From NCBI RefSeq assembly GCF_006345805.1, contig NC_043011.1, positions 54,386,464 to 54,450,463 on the forward strand: a DNA stretch of 64,000 nucleotides, given 5' to 3'. Made by a program: the position numbers and the translations under genes. This DNA is from Octopus sinensis. Lineage: Eukaryota. This document shows, piece after piece, positions 12,820 through 25,622 of this stretch. The notes under the pieces were generated by a model. That model was not told the DNA's origin. It made no database searches and worked only from the letters and a program-made list of their open reading frames with translations. How positions within the stretch are numbered: the first letter of the stretch is position 1; each line of letters begins with the position of its first letter.

Positions 12820-13400
12820 TGCTACAAGGTATTTGAGTTAAATTTGATGATTTTTGGGTTTTTTGTCTCCTTCTTTTCAGAAACAGTCAACAATGTCAGA
12901 GAGCATAAGGATAAAAGTTCTAGTTGAGAAAAAGTTAGTTGTCATAGTGGACTGGAACCCATCAGAATATTGGAAAATACATATTATAATGATTCATGCC
13001 AGGTATTGAAATGCCAACATCATCACTGCTGCTCAATGCTCTTTGGACACTGAAGAGGCTGTGAGATGTGACATGGATAGCTGCAATGGAGACTACGAAA
13101 CCATGGCCAGCAGGAAGGAATACAGTAGACGTTCTGAATGAGTCTGCATGTTAGAATTCATCCCCATGTCTTTGAACAGGGCCTTAAACTCAATTTAGAT
13201 GACAATATGAGCTGGTGGCCCAGAACAAGGAGGCTTTTGAAGATCTTTCAGGGAAACAGTGAAGAACACATGTGCCACACATGTGCCAGCTTCTAGAACT
13301 GTCTTGAGAGAGTAGTGGAAGCTGAGGGTGGCTTCTTTGAATAAACTGTTCTCTCCCAGCTATCATCTAGTTGATATTTTTTCATTTTGCAAAATACCTT
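12820..13400 (+). mobile_element. Old, internally deleted Tc1/mariner-like transposon remnant
   Basis: 13282-13344 translates CASF*NCLERVVEAEGGFFE*, resembling typical Tc1/mariner C-termini. A DWNPSEY segment (PDLNP-like) lies near 12950. TIR similarity is weak. Confidence 0.5.
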
Positions 13401-13659
13401 TATTTTTGGACTGGGTACTGTGCTTTTGTTTTTTTTCCTTTTATGCAAGCTAACAAATTTAGCCTAAACACCCCATATACATACAAACATACATATATAT
13501 ATATACACACACACACACACATAAATATGCATATATTTTCATAAATACACACACACCTGTATACATACTGGGAGAGTGTTTTCAAGACTTTTTAAAAACC
13601 AAAAGTTAGAAAGTTGCAGCAAATGGTTCTCTCCCTCTCTCTCTCTAAGGAGGCATTAT

Positions 13660-15290
13660 TTTGCAGGAGTACTTCAAAGATTTGTACTGGGACCACCAGT
13701 GTTTGTGGTGGCTCTCTCAGCAGACATTCCCCTAGCCAAGCCAAGCCAAGCAGTCAATCACTCTCACCAGCTATGATGATCACATGAAAGTATAACAGGT
13801 GGTCAAGAAGGACCCCGATGGCATACAAAAACTGCAAAAGGACCTGAATGCAATATACAAATGGGCTGATGAAGATAACAAGTAGTTCAAAGCCGAGAAG
13901 TGTGAAGCACTCCACCGTCTGCCCACAAACAGATTACGATTGGAATATACAGGGCCAGTGGGTAGTCCAGTCCTAGAGTCAGAGTTGGTGCATGACCTGG
14001 GAAGCCACATGAGTAATGATGCAATATTCCATGTGCAAGTTTCCAAGATGGCAACATTGTGCAGGCAAGTAGCTGGATGGGTTTTGAGATCATTCAGAAC
14101 GAGGGCAAGGGATACCATGCTATTCCATGCGGCTTTCATTCTCAGTCATCTGGCAAGGCAGCGAGCTGGCTGACATGTTAGCACACTGAGCAAAATGCTT
14201 AGCGGTATTTCGTTTGCCATTACGTTCTGAGTTCAAATTCTGCCGAGGTCGACTTTGCCTTTCATCCTTTTGGGGTCGATTAAATAATTACCAGTTACAC
14301 CCTGGGGTCGATATAATCAACTTAATCCGTTTGTCTGTCCTTGTTTATCCTCTCTGTGTTTAGCCCCTTGTGGGTAGTAAAGAAATAGGTATTTCGTCTG
14401 TCTTTATGTTCTGAGTTCAAATTGCGCAGAGGTTGACTTTGCCTTTCATACTTTCAGGGTCGATAAATTAAGTACCAGTTGTGTACTGGATCGATCTAAT
14501 CGACTGCCCCCACCTCCCCACAAATTTCAGGCCTTGTGCCTAGAGTGGAAAAGATTCTGAAGGCAGTAAGCTGGCAGAAATGTTAGCACTTCGGGTGAAA
14601 TACTTAATGGTATTTTGTCTACTGTTACGTTCTGAGTTCAAATTCTGCCGAGGTCGACTTTGCCTTTCATCATTTCGGGATCGATAAATTAAGTACCAGT
14701 TACACACTGGGGTCGATGTAATCTACTTAATCCCTTTGTCTGTCCTTGTTTGTCCCCTCTATGTTCGGCCTCTTGTGGGCAATAAAGAAATAAGTAAAGA
14801 TTCTCAGTCATTTGGGTTACTACTCTGAACAGTGGTTGCAATCCAGCACCACTACACAAAGCAGACTGATTTGGTGAAACAGATAAGCTACTGGGAGAGA
14901 CTAGGGGAACTGAAGCTCTACTCCCTAGAGAGAAGGCGTGAAAGATATACAGCGATATATATATATGGAAGAACCTGGAAGATTTAGCTCCCAACTTTGG
15001 AAATAAAAGCTATACCAACTACTGAACTGGATGGCACTGCATAATACCAAAGATCCCATCTTCTTCATCTAGAATAAGGACTCAGTACTGTAACGGCTTG
15101 GGTTACAAGAGTCCACAATCGTTCAACATTCTACCAAACAACCTCAAAGATTTGCGAGTTATAGATGTGGAAGTCTGTAAAGAGTGAAGGACAAATTTTT
15201 ATCTGAGATACCAGTTGAACTCACATTGCAGCAGAAGGCTCAAAGAAGGGCAGCTTTGTCCAACTTGCGAATTCACCAAAGCAGTACAGA
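13660..15290 (+). mobile_element. CR1-like LINE 3' fragment (RT and C-terminal domain), disabled and interrupted by SINEs
   Basis: GVLQRFVLGP (GVPQGSVLGP-like), LQKDLNAIYKWA...KCEALH and DLGSHMSND...GWVLRSFRTR, then after the SINE insert SYWERLGELKLYSLERRRERY, typical of CR1-clade ORF2. Confidence 0.85.
14154..14799 (+). mobile_element. Family-B SINE concatemer (three units) inside the CR1 fragment, flanked by one target-site duplication
   Basis: TSD attctcagtcat(c/t)tgg at 14138-14153 and 14800-14815; LINE coding similarity resumes across the insert. Confidence 0.85.
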
Positions 15291-15439
15291 AAAGAAATCT
15301 AACTGCACTGAAAAGCGGTGCTCCAGCATGGCCCCAAACCTCTGGCTGAAACCAGCAAAGTATAAAAGATATATAGTATGTATACATTCATGTATATATA
15401 TATATATATATATATATGCATACATATGTATATATATTA

Positions 15440-15666
15440 TTTACTATTTTACTTGTTTGTCATTTAACTGTGGCCATGCTGGAGCACTGCCTTTAGTTGA
15501 GCAAATCGAAACCAGGACTTATTCTTTGTAAGCCTACTACTTATTCTATCAGTTTCTTTTGCCGAACCACTAAGGTACGGGGACGTAAACACACCACCAT
15601 CTGTTGTCAGCAATGTTGGGGGGGGGACAAACACAGACACACAAGCATATACACACACACACACAC

Positions 15667-15720
<54 letters not shown>

Positions 15721-15956
15721 ATGCATACATATGTATATATATTATTTACTATTTTACTTGTTTGTCATTTAACTGTGGCCATGCTGGAGCACTGCCTTTA
15801 GTTGAGCAAATCGAAACCAGGACTTATTCTTTGTAAGCCTACTACTTATTCTATCAGTTTCTTTTGCCGAACCACTAAGGTACGGGGACGTAAACACACC
15901 ACCATCTGTTGTCAAGCAATGTTGGGGGGGGGACAAACACAGACACACAAGCATAT

Positions 15957-16018
<62 letters not shown>

Positions 16019-16190
16019 GACGGGCTTCTTTCAGTTTCTGTCTACCAAATCCACTGACAAGGCTTTGGTTGGCCCGAGGCTATAGTAGAAGACACTTGCC
16101 CAAGGTGCCACGCAGTGTGACTGAACCCGGAACCATGTGGTAAGCTGTGTGGTAAGCAAGCTATTTACCACACAGCCACTCCTGCACCTA
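15440..16190 (-). mobile_element. Family-A SINE with tandem duplication of its 3' ~305 bp
   Basis: Two near-identical blocks (~15413-15717 and ~15718-16020) share private variants (cactgcc, gaaacc, cctactac). Confidence 0.85.
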
Positions 16191-17599
16191 CATGTATATA
16201 TATATATATATGTATGTATGTATGTATACACACATATATTATAAAACTACAATGTTTAATATATCCCTTCCTTTTTTAAGACTTTAGAGCAATAGGCTGT
16301 AACTTAAAGGGGCTTTGGCTACTATTTCTAGCCTGCTGTTGAGAGACTACACGGAGAGTTCCTCATTGGCTCTGTTTTCCAGTTGCTTACCCCAAGATGG
16401 CAACTAATACTCAAAGAGAACATCCATTCTCACGCCACCGCTGCCGTTTCCACAATATAATTAAGAAGAAACTTTCCGAACCAGTTAAGTCGCAATGTTT
16501 CTAAGTGTCACATTGGCCACAGAGAGATCGTTGTTTTGCTGGCATTTTTTTTTTATTATTTTCTTTTCTTTTTTTTTCTTTCTCTTTTTTTTTTTTTTTT
16601 AACAAGAGATTTGCTCCTAAAACCCTTCTTCATACAACAAACTTTTTCCCCCTCGGATATTCCCCCCCACCTCGACGAAAAACAATTTGTTTTTCCTGTC
16701 CATGTAGATATCTATCTTAATCTTTTAACAACAAACACTTAGAAAGCATCATACTTGACTGTTTTTGCCTGGCTTAGCTTTCAGGAAATTTCTCCTATTT
16801 ACACAGTTGAGAAGAGAAAGATGCGAAGTATTTATTAAAAAAACCCCAGTTGAAGTGACAGTAAAGGGTGGACTGCTTGCATTTTTTTTTTTATATTTAT
16901 TTATTTATTTATATATTTATTTATCTTTTTATCTTTTTTTTTCCACTGATGCCAAAAACTCAGTGAACTGCACTGGCAAACGGAATACTAAGAAATGAAG
17001 CTTGCATATGTGCCAGTGTGTTGCAGTAAATGTAGGTATGAAAGCAGATGTGCTTCTGTGTAAGTGTTGAGTGCATGTGTGTGTGTGTGTGTGTGTGTGT
17101 TTCTTCAGGAAACAACATCGAAAATAGGAAAGGATAAAAATTGAAACAAGCGAAGAAAAAAAAAATGTTATAAAAAAAGAAAAAAAAATCAGAAATAAAA
17201 AAAACAACAACCCTACCATGACCACCCTCACCCAATGGATACTGAATGACATTTTGGGAAGAATAAAAATAAAATAAAATAGGAAGATTCTAATGGAATT
17301 TGTGAGAGAAATCTGGAAAAGTTGTTTAGCGGAAAGATTTTCGGAAAACTTTCCAACATTCAGATGCAAGCATGACTGTGTGGTAAGTAGCTTGCTTCCC
17401 AACCACGTGGTTCCAGGTTCAGTCCCACTGTATGACACCATGGGCAAATGTTTTCTACTATAACCTCAGGCTGACCAAAGTCTTGTGAGTAGATTTGGTA
17501 GATAGAAACTGAGAGAAGCCTTGTATATATGAGTGAATATATGAGTTGTATATATGAGTTTATATCTATATCTATTTATCCATTTATATATATATATAT

Positions 17600-17885
17600 T
17601 ACCGTGATCAGTGGTCACATATCGCTGGTCACAATGCGCTTCACATTGTTTTAGCCTTCAAATGATGCCACCCCACTGGCTAAGCGAGCAGGCCAACAGA
17701 AGAAAGAGTGAAAGAAAGTTGTGGTGAAAGAGTACAGCAGGGATCGCCACCACCTCCTGCCGGAGCCCCGTGGAGCTTTGGGTGTTTTCGCTCAATAAAC
17801 ACACACAATGCCTGGTTTGGGAATCAAAACCGCGATCCTACGACCACAAGTCCGCTGCCCTAACCACTGGGCCATTGCGCCTCCA

Positions 17886-17886
<1 letters not shown>
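17600..17886 (-). mobile_element. Family-D SINE
   Basis: The minus strand has GTGGAGGCGCAATGGCCCAGTGGTTAGGGCAGCGGAC with a B box downstream. Confidence 0.85.
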
Positions 17887-17923
<37 letters not shown>

Positions 17924-18551
17924 AATAATGGGGGTGATAAATTGAATATTAATTTAATTAACATCAATTTAAAACCAGTGGCCTAGCATATAGAAAAATC
18001 CAAACATTCAGAAAACTCTATTACATGTGTATAAGAAGGGATGACCACTAAGTGAACATCCAATATGCTAGAAATAGATCACCTACGATCTAACCACAAA
18101 GAAAAGAATGTTCTCTAGAAAAATTCAGCAAACACCAGAGCATAAGCGGGTAAGACAAATGAAAATATACAAAATACAGAATTAATCGTAGATCGATTTC
18201 GCCATTAACGACTTTACTAACATAACAACATCCGTGGCTCTTCTGTACGACCATTCTAATTCAATATAATTTGCAGGACTATACACGAGTTGTCCTCATA
18301 AAATTAGATGTGTGTATAGTTCTACTGATTGCATTGGGGTTATTTTGAAATGTCTCAGCTCTGGCGCACTAAATCCCGGAAACAGTTCTGCAGAGGTAAT
18401 TCACTGCAGTGAATGTTGCCAGTTAGAAAATATAATTATTTGAAATTTAAATAATGAGGGTGATAAATTGAATATTAATTTAATTAGCATCAATTTAAAA
18501 CCAGTGACCTAGCATATAGAAAAATCTGAAAATTCTTATATGCATGTAATA

Positions 18552-18855
18552 CAAAGTCGACCACGGTGGAATTTGAACTCAGATTGTAAACACAAACGAA
18601 ATACCTATTTCTTTACTACCCACAAGGGGCTAAACACAGAGAGGACAAACAAGGACAGACAAACGGATTAAGTCGATTATATCGACCCCAGTGCGTAACT
18701 GGTACTTAATTTATCGACCCCGAAAGGATGAAAGGCAAAGTCCACCTCGGCGGAATTTGAACTCAGAACGTAACGGCAGACGAAATACGACTACAGGCAA
18801 AGTCCACCTCGGCGGAATTTCACCCGGCATGCTAACATTTCTGCCAGCTTGCTGT
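18552..18855 (-). mobile_element. Family-B SINE joined to a truncated second unit, with a small internal duplication
   Basis: aggcaaagtccacctcggcggaattt occurs twice (~18733 and ~18796). The GGTAT junction is at 18601-18605. Confidence 0.85.
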
Positions 18856-19159
18856 CTTTGTATATTTATCTACAAATGCATCACCATCATCATCATCATT
18901 GTTTAACATCCACTTTCCCATGTTTCCATGAGTCAGATGGAATTTGTTGAGTTGGATTTTCTATGGTCAGATGCCCTTCCTGTTGCCAGCCCTATCTGTT
19001 TCCAAGTAAGGTAATATTTCTACAGAAGAACAGAAATAAAGGACACCACCTGCATAACAGAGACACCTGTTTACAGCTATCACCAATGCATGCACACCAC
19101 ACACACACACACACACGTGTATGTGGGGGAGTATATATATATATATATATATACTCCCC

Positions 19160-19193
<34 letters not shown>

Positions 19194-19389
19194 ATGTGCT
19201 GGTGGCACGTAAAAAGCACCAACTACACTCACGGAGTGGTTGGCATTAGGAAGGGCATCCAGCCGTAGAAACACTGCCAGATCATACTGGGCCTGGTGCA
19301 GCCTTCTGGCTTCCCAGACCCCAGTTGAATCATCCAACCCATGCTAGCAAGGAAAGCAGACAATAAATGATGATGATGATATATATATC

Positions 19390-19697
19390 ACGTGATCACA
19401 TGACCAACCAGGCTATCAGATGTTGCTACACATCGCTGGTCACAATGCGCTTCGCATTGTTTTAGCCTTCAAATGACGCCACCCCCGCTGGCTAAGCGAG
19501 CAGGCCAACAGAAGAATGAATGAGAGAAAGTTGTGGCGAAAGAGTACAGCAGGGATTGCCACCACTCCCTGCTGGAGCCTTGTGGTGCTTTAGGTGTTTA
19601 CGCTCAATAAACAATCACAACGCCCGGTCTGGGAATCGAAACCATGATCCTACGACCACGAGTCTGCTGCTCTAACCACTGGACCACAGTGCCTCCA
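19390..19697 (-). mobile_element. Family-D SINE
   Basis: Homologous to 17600-17886. Confidence 0.85.
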
Positions 19698-20300
19698 CAC
19701 ACACATATATATATATCGTTATCATCATCATCGTTTAACGTCCACTTTCCATGCTAGCATGGGTTGGACGATTTGACTGAGGACTGGCAACGACCTCACT
19801 CGAATGTTTTGTTATATATGTATATATACACACACACAAACAATTGCAGCATGGAAGGTGAGATGACCCAATATATATGAAAACGTCAAGCGCCGAAAAC
19901 AGTGGGTAGAGAAAGGAGAAACACTGGCAACCCAGGCTAAAGGTCTTCAGGTGTTGTTATCTGTTTTACTGACAAAATTTCGTGCTGCACGAAATTTTGT
20001 CAGTGAACAGGTCATGGTTTCAAAGCAATGAAAATATTTTGACACAAGTTAAATTTAAATGTTTAACTGAACGAATAGTCATAAGTAGGACCTTACTGCA
20101 AGGACCTAAACTTGGGTATCCTATCACTTCCTCTGACAACCTAAGTCACTTTAACCATTTTGTAGCTAATACAATACTACTCCACCCATTCCATTATCAA
20201 CTCAGGAAACAAAGTTATCCACTACGGTGCTAGCTTTATTTATGACTGCCTTATATGGTAGGTGATCTGTGTTACTGACTGGGGAAGGAAGCTAGGTACA

Positions 20301-20348
20301 TCTTCTCTGAAGAGTAGTAAGCAAACTTCGAAATAGTCCTTCAGGAGA
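20301..20348 (+). ncRNA. Hammerhead ribozyme motif, intact core, broken stem III
   Basis: UCUUCU CUGAAGA GUAGU-aagcaa-ACUUC GAA A-uaguccu-U C AGGAGA. Stem I is 6 bp (one G-U), stem II is 5 bp with one mismatch, triplet UUC. Confidence 0.55.
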
Positions 20349-20770
20349 CTCCCACACTCTTTACTTTCGCATGTCGTTAACAGAGAAAGAATATGCTTAC
20401 ATTGTTGTTTGACCTACAGCGAGGGTTTGTAACATGTAAAATTTATATCAGTTCTTTCAATTTATACAGTATTATCGTGGTACATAGAGGGGGAGGAGGA
20501 GGAGGAGGAGACACAAAATGGAGAAACAGCTTTTGCTTCACTTCCGACATTTGTCAAGTTATTGTGATGAAGCAAACAGTCAACATACATATGTTTGTAT
20601 GTATGCATGTGTGTGTGTGCATTATATTATATATATATATATATACACAAACACAAAACAACACACATACTTAGTTACATACACACAAAAACACATATGT
20701 CTATATATATATATATATATATATGCACACACACACTCATGCACAGGAAAACACATATGCCCATTATAAT

Positions 20771-20813
<43 letters not shown>

Positions 20814-21170
20814 CATATAACATATATATATATATACATACATACATACACACACACCTCCGTTTACATACATGCATACAAAATACACTAGTCACACATA
20901 TATATATATATACACACACACAAAAACACACATACTTAGTTACATACACACAAAAACACATATGTCTATATATATATATATATACATATATGCACACACA
21001 CACTCATGCACAGGAAAACACATATGCCCATATATATGATATATATATATATATATATTTATTATGTATAATATATACATACACACACACACTCATTACA
21101 TACATGCACCAAAACACTTATGTCCACATATATTATATATATCATATACACCACACACATATACAACACA

Positions 21171-21209
<39 letters not shown>

Positions 21210-21689
21210 ATATATATATATACACATATATAAATATTATATGTCACTGTAACAGATTATACTTAGGTTTTTAACATCAGAAACTTATTGATACCATTTT
21301 TTATTCTGTTTTTTTTCTATCTCAGTATGGATTGGCGATTTTTGCATCAATGGCAATTGGAAGGAAAGAAAGCAGGAAAGAAAGAGACCAAAGAAAAAAA
21401 AACCAGACAGGACGGGGGGTGTTGGGGATGGCGAAAGAAACAGCAGTGGGGGAGAGGGAAAAAAAAAACCCCGAAAATGCTGAGGCAAGGACGTTAAGTA
21501 TGACAAGTGCAACAAATAGTGAATAATAAGAACTCGGTGAGAATTGAAGAGAAAAAATTTCATCTCTTCCGAGCTACCTTTTCTTTAAGTAATAAAGTGG
21601 ATAACTCCTCCGTTTAGCTTCTCGAAATACTGATGGCTTTATAGGTTTTACACAGGCATCCATTTTTACACCCCACCTTGTTCTCTCTT

Positions 21690-21755
<66 letters not shown>

Positions 21756-22581
21756 TACATACACATATATGTGGCATACTGTGTATCTGAATAGATTTAT
21801 CTTTCACTCTTTTTCTCTATATATGTATGTGTGTGTGCATACATGCATGTGTGTGCATTCATTCATAGTCATATATATATATATATGTATACATGTGTGT
21901 AAATGTACGTATAAATAGACATATATATATATATACACAAAACATATATATATATATACATACATACATACATATATATACACATACATATATATATATA
22001 CATATATATACACATAAATATATATAATACACATACATATATATACATATATATAATATATATACATACATACAAATATATATTACTACATAAATAAATC
22101 TTTATTATTCATTCTACACTCAATCAGCATTAGCCGTTGCTTACAGTATCTTGTTCCCTGGTTTTAGATATACCTATTTAATCAATTCCACACACACGTG
22201 TGCATGTGTGTGTGTGTGTGTGTGTGCATGTTTGTGTGTGTGTGTGTGCATGTTTGTGTGTGTCTGTGTGTGTAGATGCATCTCCACATGACCATCTATC
22301 TATCTATCTATCTATCTCATACATCTTTATCGACCTATCCTTTCTCTTTCTCAATTCAGATCTGAAAGTGCGATGACACCAGGCAGAGCTGGTGACCACA
22401 TACTCAACGCAGCATCAATGACAAAAAGAAAGGTGGATGTCAGCAACTGTGTGAATTTGTGGCCATGATTACTGTGAAATGATGCTGAACACAGAAACAC
22501 AGCTACAGGGGCTGGAGGAAACTGAGCAATGTAGAATATAGACAAAACCATCAGCGGTGGCACCACTCATGTTTCAATATG

Positions 22582-22810
22582 TATTTCTTTACTACCCACA
22601 AGGGGCTCAACACAGAGGGGACAAACAAGGACAGACAAAGGGATTAAGTCGATTACATCGACCCCAGTGCGTAACTGGTACTTAATTTATCAACCCCGAA
22701 AGGATGAAAGGCAAAGTCGACCTCAGCGGAATTTGAACTCGGAACGTAACGGCAGACAAAATACGGCTACGCATTTCGCCGGCATGCTAACGTTTCTGCC
22801 AGCTCGCCGC
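22582..22810 (-). mobile_element. Full-length family-B SINE monomer (~229 bp) with a 16-bp TSD
   Basis: ctcatgtttcaatatg at 22566-22581 and 22811-22826. Confidence 0.95.
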
Positions 22811-22829
22811 CTCATGTTTCAATATGGTT

Positions 22830-23225
22830 TATCTGGTGCTGCCATGATGCTTAAACCTGAAATGGTTCAGAAGGCCCAGTCAGGAATGGAACACTCTCAG
22901 GCACTGACCGCATGGCAGGGTGGGTGGTGGTCCTGGCTGAAGTTGCCGGGCCTTACATTGCCTTCTTTTTAACTTCTTCTTCAATCTTTCTCCCCTCCTT
23001 AAAAGTGGAACAGCCGAAATGGATTGCTCTTCACCAGGATGGATGGTCAGCAACCACTGTTTCCCAGGTGTCAGGGTTGATACCAACTTGGAGGGAAGAC
23101 TTCAGTTGGTCTTTGAATCTGCATTTTGGGCTTCTTGAGGTCGTTTCACATTGACGAGCTCACTGTACAGCAGTACTCTCCAACCGATATGCTGTGTCAC
23201 ACAGGTGTGCTACGAGACGAAGCTA
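22830..23225 (-). mobile_element. RTE-clade LINE 3' fragment with C-terminal CCHH zinc-finger motif, disabled
   Basis: Minus-strand frames give LRLVAHL, LLYSEL..KRP, RFKDQLKSSL..GINPDTWE..AD...W and CGQCLRVFHS*LGLLNHFRFKH, the pattern of RTE/BovB-like ORF C-termini. Confidence 0.8.
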
Positions 23226-23414
23226 GGTGTGCCACAGTGTAACCTGAATATAATTTTGTTCCCTATGCTCTTAGTTATATTCTTAGTTCAGGTGTGCAGC
23301 CAAATTTTGTAAAAGAATATAACTGTACTGCAAGTGAAAAAAGGTTGCGGACAACTGCTGTAGAGGATGGTCCCCGGGAGTCTTGAAGGGACAAATACGG
23401 GGGTATTAAATACC

Positions 23415-23645
23415 TATTTCTTTACTACCCACAAGGGGCTAAACACAGAGAAGACAAACAAGGACAGACAAACGGATTAAGTCGATTACATCAACCCTAG
23501 TGCGTAACTGGTACTTAATTTATCGACCCCGAAAGGATGAAAGGCTAAGTCAACCTCGGCGGAATTTGAACTCAGAACGTAGCGGCAGACGAAATATGGC
23601 TACGCATTTCGCCCGGCGTGCTAACGTTTCTGCCAGCTCACCGCC
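23415..23645 (-). mobile_element. Family-B SINE with a 13-bp flanking duplication
   Basis: ggtattaaatacc at 23402-23414 and 23656-23668, with 10 extra nt at the 5' junction. Confidence 0.85.
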
Positions 23646-24096
23646 TTCTTTTAATGGTATTAAATACCATTAAGCATAAATACTTGACTTATTAAAATGA
23701 TCCCTGCCCCTAGAGGATGTATCACAACGATCAAATTGCAATTCAGACTAGCTCCATATGAGAAAGGGAAATAATCTTAAGTTCCAAGTATTCTCCAAAA
23801 CTAACATGCCATTAAGGGAAAGAAAAGACTTACTATTGTTCAGAGATGTTGAATATACAATGTCTACATATGAAGTGAGAAAATATTATGAAGGTATCAG
23901 CTGATATGTGTGTGTGTGTGTATTTCTCATCTGTATAGTCATTTGTTTAATCCGAAATCTTGCATGGTCTCATGTGACTGTGTTGCGTTTTCATAAAAGA
24001 TAAAGATGTGCACCAGCATCCCACATGGCAAGATTGACAATTGCTGACATTTCTCTCAGCATGAAACCAGTGGTAGCCTTGTTAGCCTGGTGTGCA

Positions 24097-24143
<47 letters not shown>

Positions 24144-24459
24144 ATAAGATAGACCCAGGAAGACCTGGGATGAGGTGGTGAAGCATGACCTTCGAACATT
24201 AGACCTCACCTAGGCAAGGAATAGGGACAGAAGTCTTTGGAAATATGCTGTGCTTGAGAAGACCTGGCAAGCCAAGTGAGACCATAACCTTGTGGCCTAT
24301 ACCAGGGGTGTAACCAGTCCACTTATGTGTACCTTTCCTTCATTGGACACTAAACTCTGCTTGCGAAGATGTGTTGAGGAAATTGAAATCGAAATCAAAT
24401 TCGATGACAGCACCGTATGTCAAGAAGCAAATTTCATAGTAATACGCTGCAGTTTTTGT

Positions 24460-24517
<58 letters not shown>

Positions 24518-25330
24518 TAGTAGTAGTAGTAGTAGTAGTAGTAGTGGCAGCAGCTGTGGCTCTGTGAAGGACTTTATACCAAGAGCCTGAAGACATGTTT
24601 GAAATATTTGGTGTTAAGTCATACCAATGACCACTGGTGGTGGTGTTGGTGATGATGTTGTGGTGGTGGTGGAGACAGCAACAGAGGTGGTGTGTTTAAT
24701 CCTAAAGGATGGGGAAGACAATAGGGAGACAAAAAGGGTCAGAAATGAGAATAACACCTACACACATACACACACACAAGAGTTTATATAAAAACAATGA
24801 GGGGAGGAAAATAGGGAAACAATAAGGTGAGGGGGGAGACGAAGTGGGGAGAGGAGTGACCCCTTTCTCACACTGGTCACCTTCCTCCACTGAAGGACTA
24901 ACAGTTGCACTGGTCAGTTATGATTGATGGTCAGTAAGGAGAAGGTGAGTGGCAGCTGTGGGAAGAAGGAAAAGAGTAACAAAAACAAAACAAAACAAAG
25001 AAACTGGTCAGTGATTTTGGACGTGGGGGTAATCCAGTTTGGGAAGGTGGTGGTTGTTGTTGGGGTAGTAGTGATGGTGGTGAGTGCTAGTTCTACTATT
25101 ATTATTATCATTATTATTATTATTATTATTATTATTACTGGCGGTGGTGGGCTATTGTCTTCAGTTGTGGGTCCACTAGCTGACTTAAAATGGCTTAATT
25201 TATTCATCAATACAGATGAAGTTGAAGGGGACAGGAAGCGGTCCTTCTTCCCACCCACCCCAATTCACACCAATGGAGCTGGGGGTGGACAGCTGGTCAT
25301 GATGTAAGGGGTTTATGGGAGACAAGATGT

Positions 25331-25375
<45 letters not shown>

Positions 25376-25554
25376 GACCAGGAGCAAATAATACAGTTCA
25401 GGTGGTCAGTTTTGGATGGGACAGAGTGTAGCAGCAAAGTTTGGCTGTTTTAGTGGATTGGGTGGTTCTAGTGTAAAAGAACTCAGCTGGATTATTAACA
25501 TACACATGTGTACATAGATACATACACAGACATACATACATAAATGCATGTGGT

Positions 25555-25596
<42 letters not shown>

Positions 25597-25622
25597 TTCT
25601 TAAACACAGGGTCATTCAGTTA

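Noticed and set aside
13866-13900. CTGATGA as a hammerhead core
   Set aside because: It lies in CR1 coding sequence (WADE), with no stem II or GAAA.
18185-18225. Minus-strand GAAATCGATC with a weak hairpin
   Set aside because: The putative CUGANGA position differs at four of seven bases.
24587-24610. CTGAAGA...GAAATATT as a hammerhead
   Set aside because: The stem II segment (catgttt) does not pair and there is no stem I.
24914-25307. 114-aa and 127-aa ORFs with poly-I/V/T runs
   Set aside because: They are driven by (ATT)n and (GGT)n trinucleotide repeats and show no homology I can recognise.
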